Assembly: GCA_022711395.1 (NCBI GenBank)
Contig: JAKLFA010000002.1
Span: 67,864-131,863 of the forward strand
DNA length: 64,000 nucleotides
Reading direction: 5' to 3'
From: Candidatus Omnitrophota bacterium
GTDB taxonomy: Bacteria > Omnitrophota > Gorgyraeia > Zapsychrales > JANLHA01
Below are positions 37,659 through 47,527 of this stretch, one piece after another (position 1 is the first letter of the stretch; each line of letters starts with the position of its first letter). Below the pieces are notes generated by a model. It was not told the origin of the DNA, did not search any database, and was given only the letters and a program-made list of their open reading frames with translations. Made by a program: the position numbers and the translations under genes.

Positions 37659-39005
37659 ATGCTTTTACTACTACTTTATAGTTTATTGTTCCCTGCCGTA
37701 TTGGGGAACGTTTGTCTTCTTGTCATCGCTCCGTCTCTCTCCTGCTTTGTCCGCTGGGGGCTCGCCTACGGGATCGGAATGGGCGTTATTTCGGTTTGGA
37801 TCTTTCTTTTGGGGGCGTTTAACATGGCCCTGTCGTGGGAGGCCATAAATATTCCTTTATGTGTCTTACTCTGTTTTGTTTTTTGGAGGGGCAGGGTTTT
37901 GGACCAGGACCGCAGAATCGATTCGGTCCGGTTCAGTCCCGATTTCGTTCAATGGGCGTTCCTTGCCGTGATTGTTATAAACGTGATGTTCACTTTTTTT
38001 GTGGCCACGGCGTATTCTGCCTACAGTTGGGACTCGATCGCGACCATCGTGATGAAATCGAAAGTGTTCTTTTTTGAGCGTTCATTTGAGTTTAACCGAA
38101 ACCTTCCTCATGCGTCATATCCGATCCACGTTTCATTGATGCATTTCTGGGTCGCGGCCAATTTTGCGCAGTGGAACGATACGGTCATCAATATCGTGCA
38201 GCCGTGTTTTTACGGGTCTTTGCTGCTGTTGATGTATGGTGTCCTGCGCAGTTTTGTTTCTAGCCGATATGCGTTAGTGGGCGTTTTTTTACTGGCCACA
38301 TCAGCGTTGTTTCAGTTTCATGCAACGATCGCTTATACGGATATCGTCTTGGCGTATTACACTTGTGCTGCCGTGTGGTTAGTTTTATTAGGCTGTCACT
38401 GCGGGTCCTCCGGTTCTTTTGCTGCAGCGGGATTGTGCGCGGCGCTGGCCTGTTTCACGAAATTGGAAGGCGTAATCTATTCGCTGATTGTGGCAGGACT
38501 GTGTGTTCTGGGGAATGTTCTTTATCGCGAGAAGAGCTCATGGCAGAAAAAGATTCTGGCGGTTGTGAAGGTGGGCCTTCCGCCTGTTCTGATGTTCAGT
38601 GCATATCTTATTTTTAAGATCGTTTATGGGGTGAGTTTGGGGGAAGCCGGAAAAACTTCGATCGAGTTTTCCGCGGATTTTTTTCACCGCCTGGCCCACA
38701 CGGTCAACTCGATCAGGATAGACGTTTTTTTATCCGGAAACTGGGGATGGAACTGGCTGATCTGCATCGCCGGATGCGCTTTGGGATTCCGTTCTTTCCG
38801 GAAACCCTGCACGCGTTATAGCGCATGCGCGGTTCTGGCATTCCTGTGTTTTGACATGGTATTATTTCTTTTTACGCCGAATTTCCGCTGGATCGTCTCT
38901 TCCACCACACTGCTGTCACGGCTGATCTTACAATCGTTTCCGCTGGTTCCTTTTTTATCTGCGATCGTTCTTGAAGAGGTTTTTTCAAAAAGATCCGCTA
39001 AATGA
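37659..39005 (+). CDS. Large polytopic membrane protein, module copy 2
   Basis: Paralog of 35553-36962. Start placed at ATG 37659, preceded by aggagg RBS. The track ORF's upstream extension to 37551 overlaps the previous gene. Confidence 0.45.
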   Translation: MLLLLLYSLLFPAVLGNVCLLVIAPSLSCFVRWGLAYGIGMGVISVWIFLLGAFNMALSWEAINIPLCVLLCFVFWRGRVLDQDRRIDSVRFSPDFVQWAFLAVIVINVMFTFFVATAYSAYSWDSIATIVMKSKVFFFERSFEFNRNLPHASYPIHVSLMHFWVAANFAQWNDTVINIVQPCFYGSLLLLMYGVLRSFVSSRYALVGVFLLATSALFQFHATIAYTDIVLAYYTCAAVWLVLLGCHCGSSGSFAAAGLCAALACFTKLEGVIYSLIVAGLCVLGNVLYREKSSWQKKILAVVKVGLPPVLMFSAYLIFKIVYGVSLGEAGKTSIEFSADFFHRLAHTVNSIRIDVFLSGNWGWNWLICIAGCALGFRSFRKPCTRYSACAVLAFLCFDMVLFLFTPNFRWIVSSTTLLSRLILQSFPLVPFLSAIVLEEVFSKRSAK

Positions 39006-40428
39006 ACTTGATCTTGCGGCAGGCGAACCAGCACATTTTAAAAAGCAGCAGCCCGTGGTAGAAACGGCGGATCTGGGTAGAACCGTAGGTGCGTTCTTTA
39101 TAGCGGATCGGGAGCTCCGTGATCTTTAAGTTGAGCTTTGATGCTCCGAAAATAAGGTCAAAGTCCCCGAAAGGGTCAAAATCCCCGAAATAGTCACGGT
39201 TGCGGGCGATCTCCTCATATTGTGTCCGAAAAAGCACTTTGGTGCCACAGAGGGTGTCCTTGAGCTTTTGCCCGACCAGCCATGAAAACAGGATCCCGAA
39301 AAATTTATTGGCGACAAGGTTCAGAAACCGCATGGCTTCTTTTTCCATGGGGTAGACCAGCCGGCACCCGTTGATGAACTCGCCTTTGTTTTCTTTGATC
39401 GCGTCATAGAATCTTGGAAGGTCTTCAGGCGCCACGGTCAAGTCCGCATCCAGGATCATAAGGATGTCCCCTGTTGCTTTGGAAAATCCCAGGCGCACGG
39501 CGTCCCCTTTTCCATGGCCGTTCTGTTTAAAATACCGGATGTTGCGCTGCGGATAAGCAGCGGCCACGCGTTCGATTTCTTCATACGTTCCGTCTTTTGA
39601 CCCGCCTTCAATAAAGATGAATTCCTGACGGGAACCGAAAACGGGCGTCCGCTGGATCGCGGCTTCGATGTTTCCTTTTTCGTTGCGTGCCGGAACGATC
39701 ATGCTTACGGAATGTTCCTGTGCTGGGTCAAACAGCGGGCGCGCAATGATAAAGTGATTCAAGGTCAGGGCATTCAAAAACGGAAGATTGGCGATGACGC
39801 GGTTGAAAAGAAAACTCAAGACAGGAAAATGCACAGGGAACAGGACTTTTCGTTCCATCCGGACCGGTTCAATCTGGCAGAGATGAAGGAAATTTTTGAT
39901 GTCCGTGTGCGTCAGCCAGTTCAAGAGCGGCTGTGGCATTTTGAGCCCGAGTCGCTCCCCTGTTTTTAAAATGACCTGCCAAAGGTAGCTGTAATATTCG
40001 ATAATGATCCGGGTCTGGGGCGTTGAAACTTTGGAGATGTCTTTTAGGAGCGCAATGATGTCAGCTTCTTCATGAAGAGTCCCGGAAAGTATCACGTAAT
40101 CAAAAGGTCCTGCGATATTGGAGCCGTTCAATGTGCCATGATGGAATTCCAGGTTGGGATATCGTTTGGCGGCGGTCAGGATCATCTGCCCGCTAAGATC
40201 AATGCCAACTCCTTTGCAAGGCTGGAGCGCGTTTAAGAGATAACCCGTTCCACAGCCGATCTCCAGGATCCGTTTTCCGGCCGGGATCATATAGCTATAA
40301 TACTGGACAAGCAGGTCGTAATAATATTGATTTTTTTCAATGAACGCGTCGCGTTTTTCGGCGAGCTTATCATAATGCTGAGCGATCCTGTCGGATATGT
40401 TTCTGCCGTTTCTTGTGTCATGTGTCAT
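38998..40428 (-). CDS. Fusion: class-I SAM-dependent methyltransferase (N) + family-2 glycosyltransferase, polyprenyl-phosphate-sugar synthase type (C)
   Basis: SAM motif I ILEIGCGTGYLLNAL at the N-terminus. C-terminal GT2-A fold MIVPARNEKGNIEAAI...ILMILDADLTV (DxD). Confidence 0.7.
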   Translation of the reverse strand: MTHDTRNGRNISDRIAQHYDKLAEKRDAFIEKNQYYYDLLVQYYSYMIPAGKRILEIGCGTGYLLNALQPCKGVGIDLSGQMILTAAKRYPNLEFHHGTLNGSNIAGPFDYVILSGTLHEEADIIALLKDISKVSTPQTRIIIEYYSYLWQVILKTGERLGLKMPQPLLNWLTHTDIKNFLHLCQIEPVRMERKVLFPVHFPVLSFLFNRVIANLPFLNALTLNHFIIARPLFDPAQEHSVSMIVPARNEKGNIEAAIQRTPVFGSRQEFIFIEGGSKDGTYEEIERVAAAYPQRNIRYFKQNGHGKGDAVRLGFSKATGDILMILDADLTVAPEDLPRFYDAIKENKGEFINGCRLVYPMEKEAMRFLNLVANKFFGILFSWLVGQKLKDTLCGTKVLFRTQYEEIARNRDYFGDFDPFGDFDLIFGASKLNLKITELPIRYKERTYGSTQIRRFYHGLLLFKMCWFACRKIKFI

Positions 40429-40445
40429 GTGTCATGTGTCCTTAT

Positions 40446-41177
40446 TTATTTCCAAACAAACACTTCGCGAAAGACTTCCCACATATAGGCGGCTCCCCAA
40501 CGCATGACCTGCAGTTTGCGCTCGCCCCCTTCTCGCGCCGGTTCATCTCCAGGGATCTCAGCGACTTTAAGCCCGCGCTTGGCGGCGCGGATGGATAACA
40601 GCGGCTCCCAGCTGATATTCGTTTTAAAAAGCCGCTCTTCAAATTCATAGGATTCATCCTTATCAAGATCAAGCTCTTGAATGAGGGATTTGCGGTATGC
40701 GCGGAAAATGACCATCGCGTCCGTATAGTGGGCGCCGTGCAGGAGGTTGATCATTGTGGTAAAAAGGGTGTTGCCGAATGACGTGACGGTGTCATCATCA
40801 TAGCTTTTGGCCCCTTCTTTGTAGCGGGACACGATGACCATGTCATAACCTTCTTTGAGTTTGTCAAGGCAGGCAGGGATGAGTTCCGGGATCGAATTTC
40901 CATCCGGGCTGAAGGTCAGGACCACGTCCCCGCGCACATGGGGCAAGGCCTCCATATAGGCATGGCGCATCCCTTTTTTTTGCTGAATGACGACTTCATA
41001 GCCTTGCTGTCTGGCGTATTCGACCGTTCCATCCGTGGACTGGCCATCCACGATCAAGAGCTGGTCATACCATTCAGGCCGGATCTTCGGCATGATCGCC
41101 TTCATGCCGTCAATTTCATTCAATGTTGGCACAAGCAGTGTCGTAGTCATGAAGCCTCTTTTGTGTTGAAAATTCAC
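40446..41177 (-). CDS. Family-2 glycosyltransferase (DPM1/GtrB-like polyprenyl-phosphate sugar synthase)
   Basis: TLLVPTLNEIDGMKAIMP...LLIVDGQSTDGT... ; 243 aa. Confidence 0.7.
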   Translation of the reverse strand: MNFQHKRGFMTTTLLVPTLNEIDGMKAIMPKIRPEWYDQLLIVDGQSTDGTVEYARQQGYEVVIQQKKGMRHAYMEALPHVRGDVVLTFSPDGNSIPELIPACLDKLKEGYDMVIVSRYKEGAKSYDDDTVTSFGNTLFTTMINLLHGAHYTDAMVIFRAYRKSLIQELDLDKDESYEFEERLFKTNISWEPLLSIRAAKRGLKVAEIPGDEPAREGGERKLQVMRWGAAYMWEVFREVFVWK

Positions 41178-41396
41178 TTTTCATTATACACACGAATGCT
41201 TGGCTGTATATGGAAAAGAGGCATTTCTTCGATGGAAAAATCGCCAGAATTCTTTCTTTACAGATCAAAAAAATTTTGCTAAACTTAGGGCTCGTTTTAA
41301 AGAAAAGTGCTGTTTTTTTGAAAAATTTGCTGGCGAATTCCACACTTGTGTGGAAGATCAGCCTGCCTTTTGGGCGGGATCAGAAAGAGATTTCAG

Positions 41397-41472
<76 letters not shown>

Positions 41473-41482
41473 GCGTGAAATT

Positions 41483-41565
41483 GGGCAGATACTCAAGTGG
41501 CCAACGAGAACAGACTGTAAATCTGTTGCGCTTGCGCTTCGGGGGTTCGAATCCTCCTCTGCCCA
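41483..41565 (+). tRNA. tRNA-Tyr (anticodon GTA)
   Basis: GGGCAGA...CAGACTGTAAATCTG...long variable arm...GGTTCGAATCC..TCTGCCCA: class-II-like long variable arm, anticodon loop CUGUAAA. Confidence 0.85.
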
Positions 41566-41598
41566 TTTTTATTGTATTTGACTGGCGGTATGCTTGAC

Positions 41599-41672
41599 GC
41601 GGGAGTAGTTCAGTGGCAGAACGCCGGCCTTCCAAGCCGGCAACGAGGGTTCGATTCCCTTCTCCCGCTCCA
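41599..41672 (+). tRNA. tRNA-Gly (anticodon TCC)
   Basis: GCGGGAGTAGTTCAGTGGCAGAACGCCGGCCTTCCAAGCCGGCAACGAGGGTTCGATTCCCTTCTCCCGCTCCA: anticodon loop CUUCCAA, encoded CCA. Confidence 0.9.
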
Positions 41673-41794
41673 CTTCTTCTTGATGTTTCGATTGAAAATA
41701 TCCCCTTTTTCGACACGGATTCTGGAACCCCGAACTTCACAAATGTTTTAGAGTCTGATACAATAAATCCCCTTTATCATTTTAAAGAACTGAC

Positions 41795-43462
41795 ATGCTG
41801 ACAAATCTAAAAATCCAGAATTTCGGGCTTATTGATGAAGTCTCGATCGATTTTGGGCCGGCTTTGAACGTCCTGACAGGGTCCACCGGCGCGGGGAAAT
41901 CCATTATCATTGACGGGATCCGTTTCGCTTTGGGAGAACGCCTCAACCCCAGCCAGATCCGTGACAAAGAGGCTCCTTGCACGGTGGAGGCCGCCTTTTT
42001 TCTCCCTTCAAAATTCTTAAGTGTTCATGATCTGTTTAAGGAATTCGTGAATTCCGAGGACGGACTGTTGATCATTCGCCGTGAGTATCTGCCTGACGGG
42101 CGGACCCGCGTTAAAGTCAACGGGATGAATATCACGGTTGCCCAACTGAAAGCGTTGGGTGACCGGTTGGTTGACCTGCACGGTCCGCATGACCATCAGA
42201 TGCTGTTGTCCGATGAATACCATTTGCCCATGCTTGATCAGCTGGTCGATTTTGGAGAGGCGCGTGAGGCCTATTCAAGGGAATTCAAAGAATATCTGCG
42301 TTTGACGGCTCAGCTTAATGAGCTTAAAAGTATGGCGGATTCCAGGGACAGGGACATGGACCTTTTGAACCACCAGATCCGTGAGCTGGAACAAGTTTCG
42401 CTTAAAGATGAGGATTACGAGGCCCTTGTCTTTGAACAAAATCGCATCCGTAACGCGGAGCGCCTTTTTGAGCATGCCTCCTCTTTGATGCAATGCCTGG
42501 ATGATGAGGACGGTGGCGTCAATGAAAATATCCGCAAGGCATGCGGCCATGCTCAGCAGTTAGCCGGCATTGACCAGCAAGCCCAGGAATTTACGGCCCT
42601 GCTGGAACAGGCGCAGGAATTATGCGCGGAGATCTCTTCGCAGGCGCGGGATTACCTTGAAAGCCTGTCTTTTGAGCCCGGAACGGCTGAGGAGGTCGCC
42701 CGAAAGTATGATTGCTATGACGATATTAAGCGTAAATACGGCCCGGAGATCTCTCAGGCCAAGGCTTTTTTGGAAGACGCCAAGAAAAAATACGCGTTGC
42801 TTGTCGATTATGAGCAGAATGACCACGAGTTGCAGAATGAAATTCAGCAGGTCCGCGGCCGGCTAAAGGATCTCGCCTCAAAATTAAGCGAGAAACGAAA
42901 GCGCGCGGCCAAGGCGTTAAAGACCACGATCGAACGGGAATTGAAAGATCTTGGGATCGAACATGTCAATTTTGAGGTCCGTTTTAAGCAAGTGGATTTC
43001 ATCCAATCCGGAGCTGATGAGGTCGTCTTTTTTATCAGCCCCAACGCCGGGGAGGAATTAAAGCCCCTCTCTCAGATCGTTTCATCCGGTGAGGCGGCGC
43101 GCATGATGCTGGCCTTAAAGCGGGCCTTAACGGAAGTGGACCCTATTCCTGTTTTGGTCTTTGATGAGATCGACGCCCAGATCGGCGGACGGCTTGGGAC
43201 GATCACGGGAAGTAAACTTCAGGAGCTGGCTTCTGGACGCCAGGTCATCCTGATCACTCACCTCCCTCAGATCGCGGCGTTCGGCAAGCAGCATTTTAAG
43301 GTCATAAAGCGCATCATTAATAAACGGACCGTTACGGAAGTTCTTCCTTTAAACGGTCAAGACCGGTTGGAAGAGCTGGCGCAGATGATGGATGGGGAAA
43401 AACAGACCAAGCTTTCTTTGGAGCATGCCAGAGATATGCTGGAGTCTGCTCAAAAGGCGTAG
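41795..43462 (+). CDS. recN: DNA repair protein RecN
   Basis: MLTNLKIQNFGLIDE...LNVLTGSTGAGKSIIIDGI Walker A, long coiled coil, C-terminal ABC signature/Walker B (...VLVFDEIDAQIGG...). 555 aa. Confidence 0.9.
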   Translation: MLTNLKIQNFGLIDEVSIDFGPALNVLTGSTGAGKSIIIDGIRFALGERLNPSQIRDKEAPCTVEAAFFLPSKFLSVHDLFKEFVNSEDGLLIIRREYLPDGRTRVKVNGMNITVAQLKALGDRLVDLHGPHDHQMLLSDEYHLPMLDQLVDFGEAREAYSREFKEYLRLTAQLNELKSMADSRDRDMDLLNHQIRELEQVSLKDEDYEALVFEQNRIRNAERLFEHASSLMQCLDDEDGGVNENIRKACGHAQQLAGIDQQAQEFTALLEQAQELCAEISSQARDYLESLSFEPGTAEEVARKYDCYDDIKRKYGPEISQAKAFLEDAKKKYALLVDYEQNDHELQNEIQQVRGRLKDLASKLSEKRKRAAKALKTTIERELKDLGIEHVNFEVRFKQVDFIQSGADEVVFFISPNAGEELKPLSQIVSSGEAARMMLALKRALTEVDPIPVLVFDEIDAQIGGRLGTITGSKLQELASGRQVILITHLPQIAAFGKQHFKVIKRIINKRTVTEVLPLNGQDRLEELAQMMDGEKQTKLSLEHARDMLESAQKA

Positions 43463-43593
43463 GGATTGTTTTTCATAAAGATATTGTCAAGGCCCCCTTT
43501 TTATGATTTAATCTTTGAGATTTTCCTATCCCACATAATGATTTTCAATAGAAACCTTTAAAACATTGTCCTATTTCAGAAAAGGAGCTTGTT

Positions 43594-44799
43594 ATGAAAA
43601 AAATCGGGGTGATTACAAGCGGCGGCGATTGCGGCGGCTTGAACGCTGTGATCAAGGGCGCGGCGCAGATGGCGTATGACAAAGGCGCGAAATGTTATGT
43701 TATTCCCAACGGTTATGCCGGGCTGTATAACCTTGTTGAGTTCGATGAACTGGTCGAATTGAGGCCGAAGCGTTTTGACATGATCGATAACGCTCTGGCC
43801 GGTTCAGAGGCGGGGCATTCCCGCGTTAAGATCAAAAAGATCGAGGATCCGAATAAGTATGAGCGGATCAAAAAAGGATTGGCGAAGTTCGGGATCGACG
43901 GGCTGGTCATTTCAGGAGGAGACGATACCGGCAGCGTGATCGTGGACCTTTATAACAATGGTATCCCTTGTGTCCATGCGCCTAAGACCATGGATCTGGA
44001 CCTTCAGACCTATTCGGTCGGCGCGGACTCGACTATCAGCCGTATTGCAGAGTTCGCTGAAGATCTGAAGACCACGGGACGCACGCATAACCGTATTATT
44101 GTTGTGGAGGTTTTCGGACGATATGCCGGCCACACGGCATTTCGCGGTGGGGTCGCCGCTGATGCTGACGCGGTTTTGATCCCGGAAGTCCCCGTGGATT
44201 TCGACGCCCTTTATGAGAGCGTAAAGTTCAAATTCTGCGTCCGCGTCCGCAACAGCGATGTGAAAGCGGGAACGTATTTGATCATTGTGGCGGAAGGTTT
44301 AAAGAACGCGGATGGTTCTGATATCGTTGATGAAACGGCCGGGATCGACGCGTTCGGGCATAAAAAACTTGCCGGTGCCGCAAAATATGTTTGCCAGCAG
44401 TTGACCAAACGCTTTAAGGCTGACCCGGATATCAAAAAATTCATGCAGGACGAAAAGATGTACGTTCCGAATATTTATGAAGTCCCTGAGGTCCGGGCCG
44501 TGACCCCGGGCCACTTGGTCCGTTGCGGACGGGCGTCGGCGTATGACGTCAATTTCGGCCGTGAAGCCGGAGCGGCAGCGGTTCAGCTTTTGATGAACGG
44601 GATCACCGGTGTGACGGTTGTCAAGGTCGAGGGAAATGAGATCCGTTACATGGAGACCGCCAAGGCCATTGTGCAGCGCCATGTGGATCCGGACCTGATC
44701 GCCCTTCATGAGAGATTGGGATTGTGTTTTGGACGCAAGTCGCAGGAATTCAAACCGACCTTTAAGAAAGTTGAAGGCAAGGTCGAGCGACATTTATAA
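43594..44799 (+). CDS. pfk: 6-phosphofructokinase, probably pyrophosphate-dependent
   Basis: GVITSGGDCGGLNAVIKG. Active site ISGGDDTG (Asp where ATP-PFKs have Gly) and APKTMDLDL (Lys where ATP-PFKs have Gly), the two classical PPi-specificity residues. Confidence 0.75.
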   Translation: MKKIGVITSGGDCGGLNAVIKGAAQMAYDKGAKCYVIPNGYAGLYNLVEFDELVELRPKRFDMIDNALAGSEAGHSRVKIKKIEDPNKYERIKKGLAKFGIDGLVISGGDDTGSVIVDLYNNGIPCVHAPKTMDLDLQTYSVGADSTISRIAEFAEDLKTTGRTHNRIIVVEVFGRYAGHTAFRGGVAADADAVLIPEVPVDFDALYESVKFKFCVRVRNSDVKAGTYLIIVAEGLKNADGSDIVDETAGIDAFGHKKLAGAAKYVCQQLTKRFKADPDIKKFMQDEKMYVPNIYEVPEVRAVTPGHLVRCGRASAYDVNFGREAGAAAVQLLMNGITGVTVVKVEGNEIRYMETAKAIVQRHVDPDLIALHERLGLCFGRKSQEFKPTFKKVEGKVERHL

Positions 44800-44827
44800 C
44801 GAACAATCGAGTGTTTGGTTTTAAAAA

Positions 44828-44856
44828 GGGCTGCGTAAAAAACGCGGCCTTTTTTA
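44828..44856. terminator. Putative bidirectional terminator between convergent pfk and queH
   Basis: gggctgcg-taaaaaa-cgcggcc hairpin (one G-U pair) followed by tttttt. It overlaps the last codons of queH on the minus strand. Confidence 0.4.
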
Positions 44857-45486
44857 TTGAGAGTAATGCTTGGGTCCCTCGCTTTTGATCGAGGGTTTTC
44901 CGTGGGCGGCACGGCGGGATTCGGCGTCCCTGAGCGAATAAATGCAGCCGCAGTATTCTTGCTGATAGAATTCTTCAGCCTTTGAGATCAGATACATCTG
45001 TTCGCTGCCGCCTTCCTTTCTCCAGTTGTGGCCCCAGTAGACGGTGTCTGGAAATTGTTGGGCTGCCAGGCGGCCGGCCTCGTTGACCTGCTCAAGGTCT
45101 TTCCAGCGTGACAATCCAAATGTGCTGGTAAACACCTTAAATCCGTGTTGGGAAGTAAATCGCGCGCAGTATTTCAGCCGGATCAAGAAACAGGCGAAGC
45201 AGCGTTTTCCCCGTTCCCGTTCATGCTCCAGCCCTTTGGTTTCCTCAAACCAGTATTGGGTGTCATAATCACAATCCACGAAGCGAACGCCTTTTTTCTG
45301 CGCGAAACGGATCTGCTCGGCTTTCCGTCGTTCATATTCGTCTTTGGGGTGGATGTTGGGATTATAAAAGATCACCGTGGGCTTGATCTTCTCCTCAAGC
45401 AGGCGAGTGATGACCGCGGCTGAACACGGGGCGCAACAGCTGTGAAGGACGATATGCTTTTCGTTTAACGGAACAGAGAGGTTCAT
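44854..45486 (-). CDS. queH: Epoxyqueuosine reductase QueH (DUF208)
   Basis: HIVLHSCCAPCSAAV... conserved Cys cluster plus downstream Cys residues. 210 aa. Confidence 0.6.
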   Translation of the reverse strand: MNLSVPLNEKHIVLHSCCAPCSAAVITRLLEEKIKPTVIFYNPNIHPKDEYERRKAEQIRFAQKKGVRFVDCDYDTQYWFEETKGLEHERERGKRCFACFLIRLKYCARFTSQHGFKVFTSTFGLSRWKDLEQVNEAGRLAAQQFPDTVYWGHNWRKEGGSEQMYLISKAEEFYQQEYCGCIYSLRDAESRRAAHGKPSIKSEGPKHYSQ

Positions 45487-46364
45487 AAGGACCTTCGTGT
45501 TGAGGCCTTAAGGGCCTGCGGAAACGCTTCGATGATATCGGTCGCGATCAAGGACGCTTTCCCGTGTTTTTTAGATGCGATATCCCCCGCGCGGCCGTGC
45601 AGGTATGCAGCCCATTTGGCGGATGTAAAGGCTTCGACGCCTTGGGCCAGCAACGCCGTTAGGATGCCGGTCAAGACGTCGCCGGAACCGGCGGTGGCCA
45701 TCCCGGCATTGCCGCTGCGGTTGATATAACAATCCCTGCCATTAGGAGCTGCGACAATGCTTCGGTGCCCTTTTAAGATCAGAACACAGTTGTGGCGTTT
45801 GGCAAAATCTTTCGCCAGCCGGCAGCGTGCCACCATGTCTGTCTCAAGCGGGATCGTGGATCTTTTCAAAAGACGGCGGAATTCTCCGGCGTGCGGGGTC
45901 AATATTTTTGGGGCTTTTGATTTCAACAATAGGTCAAGATGCCCCTGGGCAAGCGCGTTTAAAGCGTCGGCATCGATCACAAGCGGAAGCGGACAATCCC
46001 GGATGACGGACTTGATGAATGCCTGTGTCGGAGGGCTGCTGGTCAAGCCGGGGCCGATCGCGACCGCAGAGAATGTCTGGATATTCGCTTTTAGCGTTTT
46101 CCATGCCTGCGCGGAAAATGTGTGTTGTGGGGTTTCGGCCAGCGGGCATGTCATCAGGACAGGCGCGATCTTTCGTTGCAGGGTGAGGTTAAGGCTTTTG
46201 GGGACACCGAGGGTGATGAGCCCTGCCCCCGCCCTCATCGCTGAAAGCCCGCAAAGGGCCGCGGCCCCTAACATCCGCGGCGATCCGGCAAGGATGAGGG
46301 CATGGCCGAAGGTGTTTTTGTAGGCGTCAGGTTTTTTTCGTAATAATGGCGTTGGCAACTGCAT
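45483..46364 (-). CDS. nnrD: ADP-dependent NAD(P)H-hydrate dehydratase (YjeF C-terminal domain)
   Basis: ...LILAGSPRMLGAAALCG... and GSGDVLTGILTALLAQG. 293 aa. Confidence 0.7.
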   Translation of the reverse strand: MQLPTPLLRKKPDAYKNTFGHALILAGSPRMLGAAALCGLSAMRAGAGLITLGVPKSLNLTLQRKIAPVLMTCPLAETPQHTFSAQAWKTLKANIQTFSAVAIGPGLTSSPPTQAFIKSVIRDCPLPLVIDADALNALAQGHLDLLLKSKAPKILTPHAGEFRRLLKRSTIPLETDMVARCRLAKDFAKRHNCVLILKGHRSIVAAPNGRDCYINRSGNAGMATAGSGDVLTGILTALLAQGVEAFTSAKWAAYLHGRAGDIASKKHGKASLIATDIIEAFPQALKASTRRSL

Positions 46365-46683
46365 AATGTTTTGTATGTGATAGTGAGATCAGGACGTTTC
46401 CGTCAAACTCGTGTTCCAGAAAATGGCAGACGGGCTTTCCGTTTGCGTCATTGACGATCTTGATCGCTTTCCAGTTGACAAAGGCGCGGTCACCCAGCGC
46501 TTTAAAGACCGCTTCTTTAGCCGCGAAACGCGCCGCGTAATGCTGATATGGGTCTGTATGTTTCTGAGCGTAGGCGATCTCTTCTTCACAGAAAATGCGT
46601 TTGAGAAAATCATCTCCCCATCGCTCAATGGATTCTCGGATGCGCTCAACCTCAACGATGTCCGTGCCGATCCCGATGATCAT
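46327..46683 (-). CDS. acpS: Holo-[acyl-carrier-protein] synthase
   Basis: [15 protein letters not shown]...; 118 aa. Confidence 0.85.
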   Translation of the reverse strand: MIIGIGTDIVEVERIRESIERWGDDFLKRIFCEEEIAYAQKHTDPYQHYAARFAAKEAVFKALGDRAFVNWKAIKIVNDANGKPVCHFLEHEFDGNVLISLSHTKHYAVANAIITKKT

Positions 46684-47405
46684 AAGGCCAATCCTCTGGC
46701 TAACGTGCGCATGTCACGGACAGCCTTTTTGAGTCCCGTAAAGACCGCCTGTGAAATGATCGAGTGGCCGATGTTGAGCTCTTTCATCCCGGGGATCCTC
46801 GCGATCGGCAGCGTGTTGGTGTAGGTCAGGCCGTGCCCAGCGGCGACGGTCAGACCGATGGATTGCGCGTAACGGGCCGCCTCTTTAAGTTTGGAAAGCT
46901 CGCGCTGGCGGATCGATCTTGATCTGGCGGTCGCGTATTTTCCGGTATGGAGCTCAATGATCGATACGCCGCTTTGACGGGCGGCCAGGATCTGGTTGCG
47001 TTGGGGGTCGACAAAAAGGCTGACATCGATACCGGCCGTTGAGAGTTGTTCCACGGCGCGGCAAGTTTTTGAAAAGTATTTTAAAACGTCCAGCCCCCCT
47101 TCGGTGGTGAGCTCCTGGCGGCGTTCCGGAACGATCGTGGCTTCATCAGGTTTGATACGGCAGGCGATATCTAAGATGCTTTTTGCCAGGCTGAGCTCAA
47201 GGTTCAAGCGGGTGGCCACCGTTTTTCGCAAAGCGGCCACGTCAGGGTCCTGGATATGGCGCCGGTCCTCCCGGAGATGGCAGACGATGCTGTCAGCCCC
47301 CGCGGATTCGCAGATCCGTGCGGCTTCGACAGGGTCGGGGTATCGTTCTCCTCTCGCCTGGCGGAGGGTCGCGACATGGTCGATATTGACACCGAGTTTA
47401 GGCAT
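46680..47405 (-). CDS. pdxJ: Pyridoxine 5'-phosphate synthase
   Basis: [17 protein letters not shown]...[11 protein letters not shown]... Confidence 0.9.
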   Translation of the reverse strand: MPKLGVNIDHVATLRQARGERYPDPVEAARICESAGADSIVCHLREDRRHIQDPDVAALRKTVATRLNLELSLAKSILDIACRIKPDEATIVPERRQELTTEGGLDVLKYFSKTCRAVEQLSTAGIDVSLFVDPQRNQILAARQSGVSIIELHTGKYATARSRSIRQRELSKLKEAARYAQSIGLTVAAGHGLTYTNTLPIARIPGMKELNIGHSIISQAVFTGLKKAVRDMRTLARGLAL

Positions 47406-47527
47406 AAAAGGCGCAACTCCTTTAAGGGAAGATCATCTTAAAAGCTGGGCATCGACATAGATATAGGTGATGATCGCGAGGATCAGGGCGATGAACTTCA
47501 AGCCGACGTTGTGAGTAAAGAAATTTT

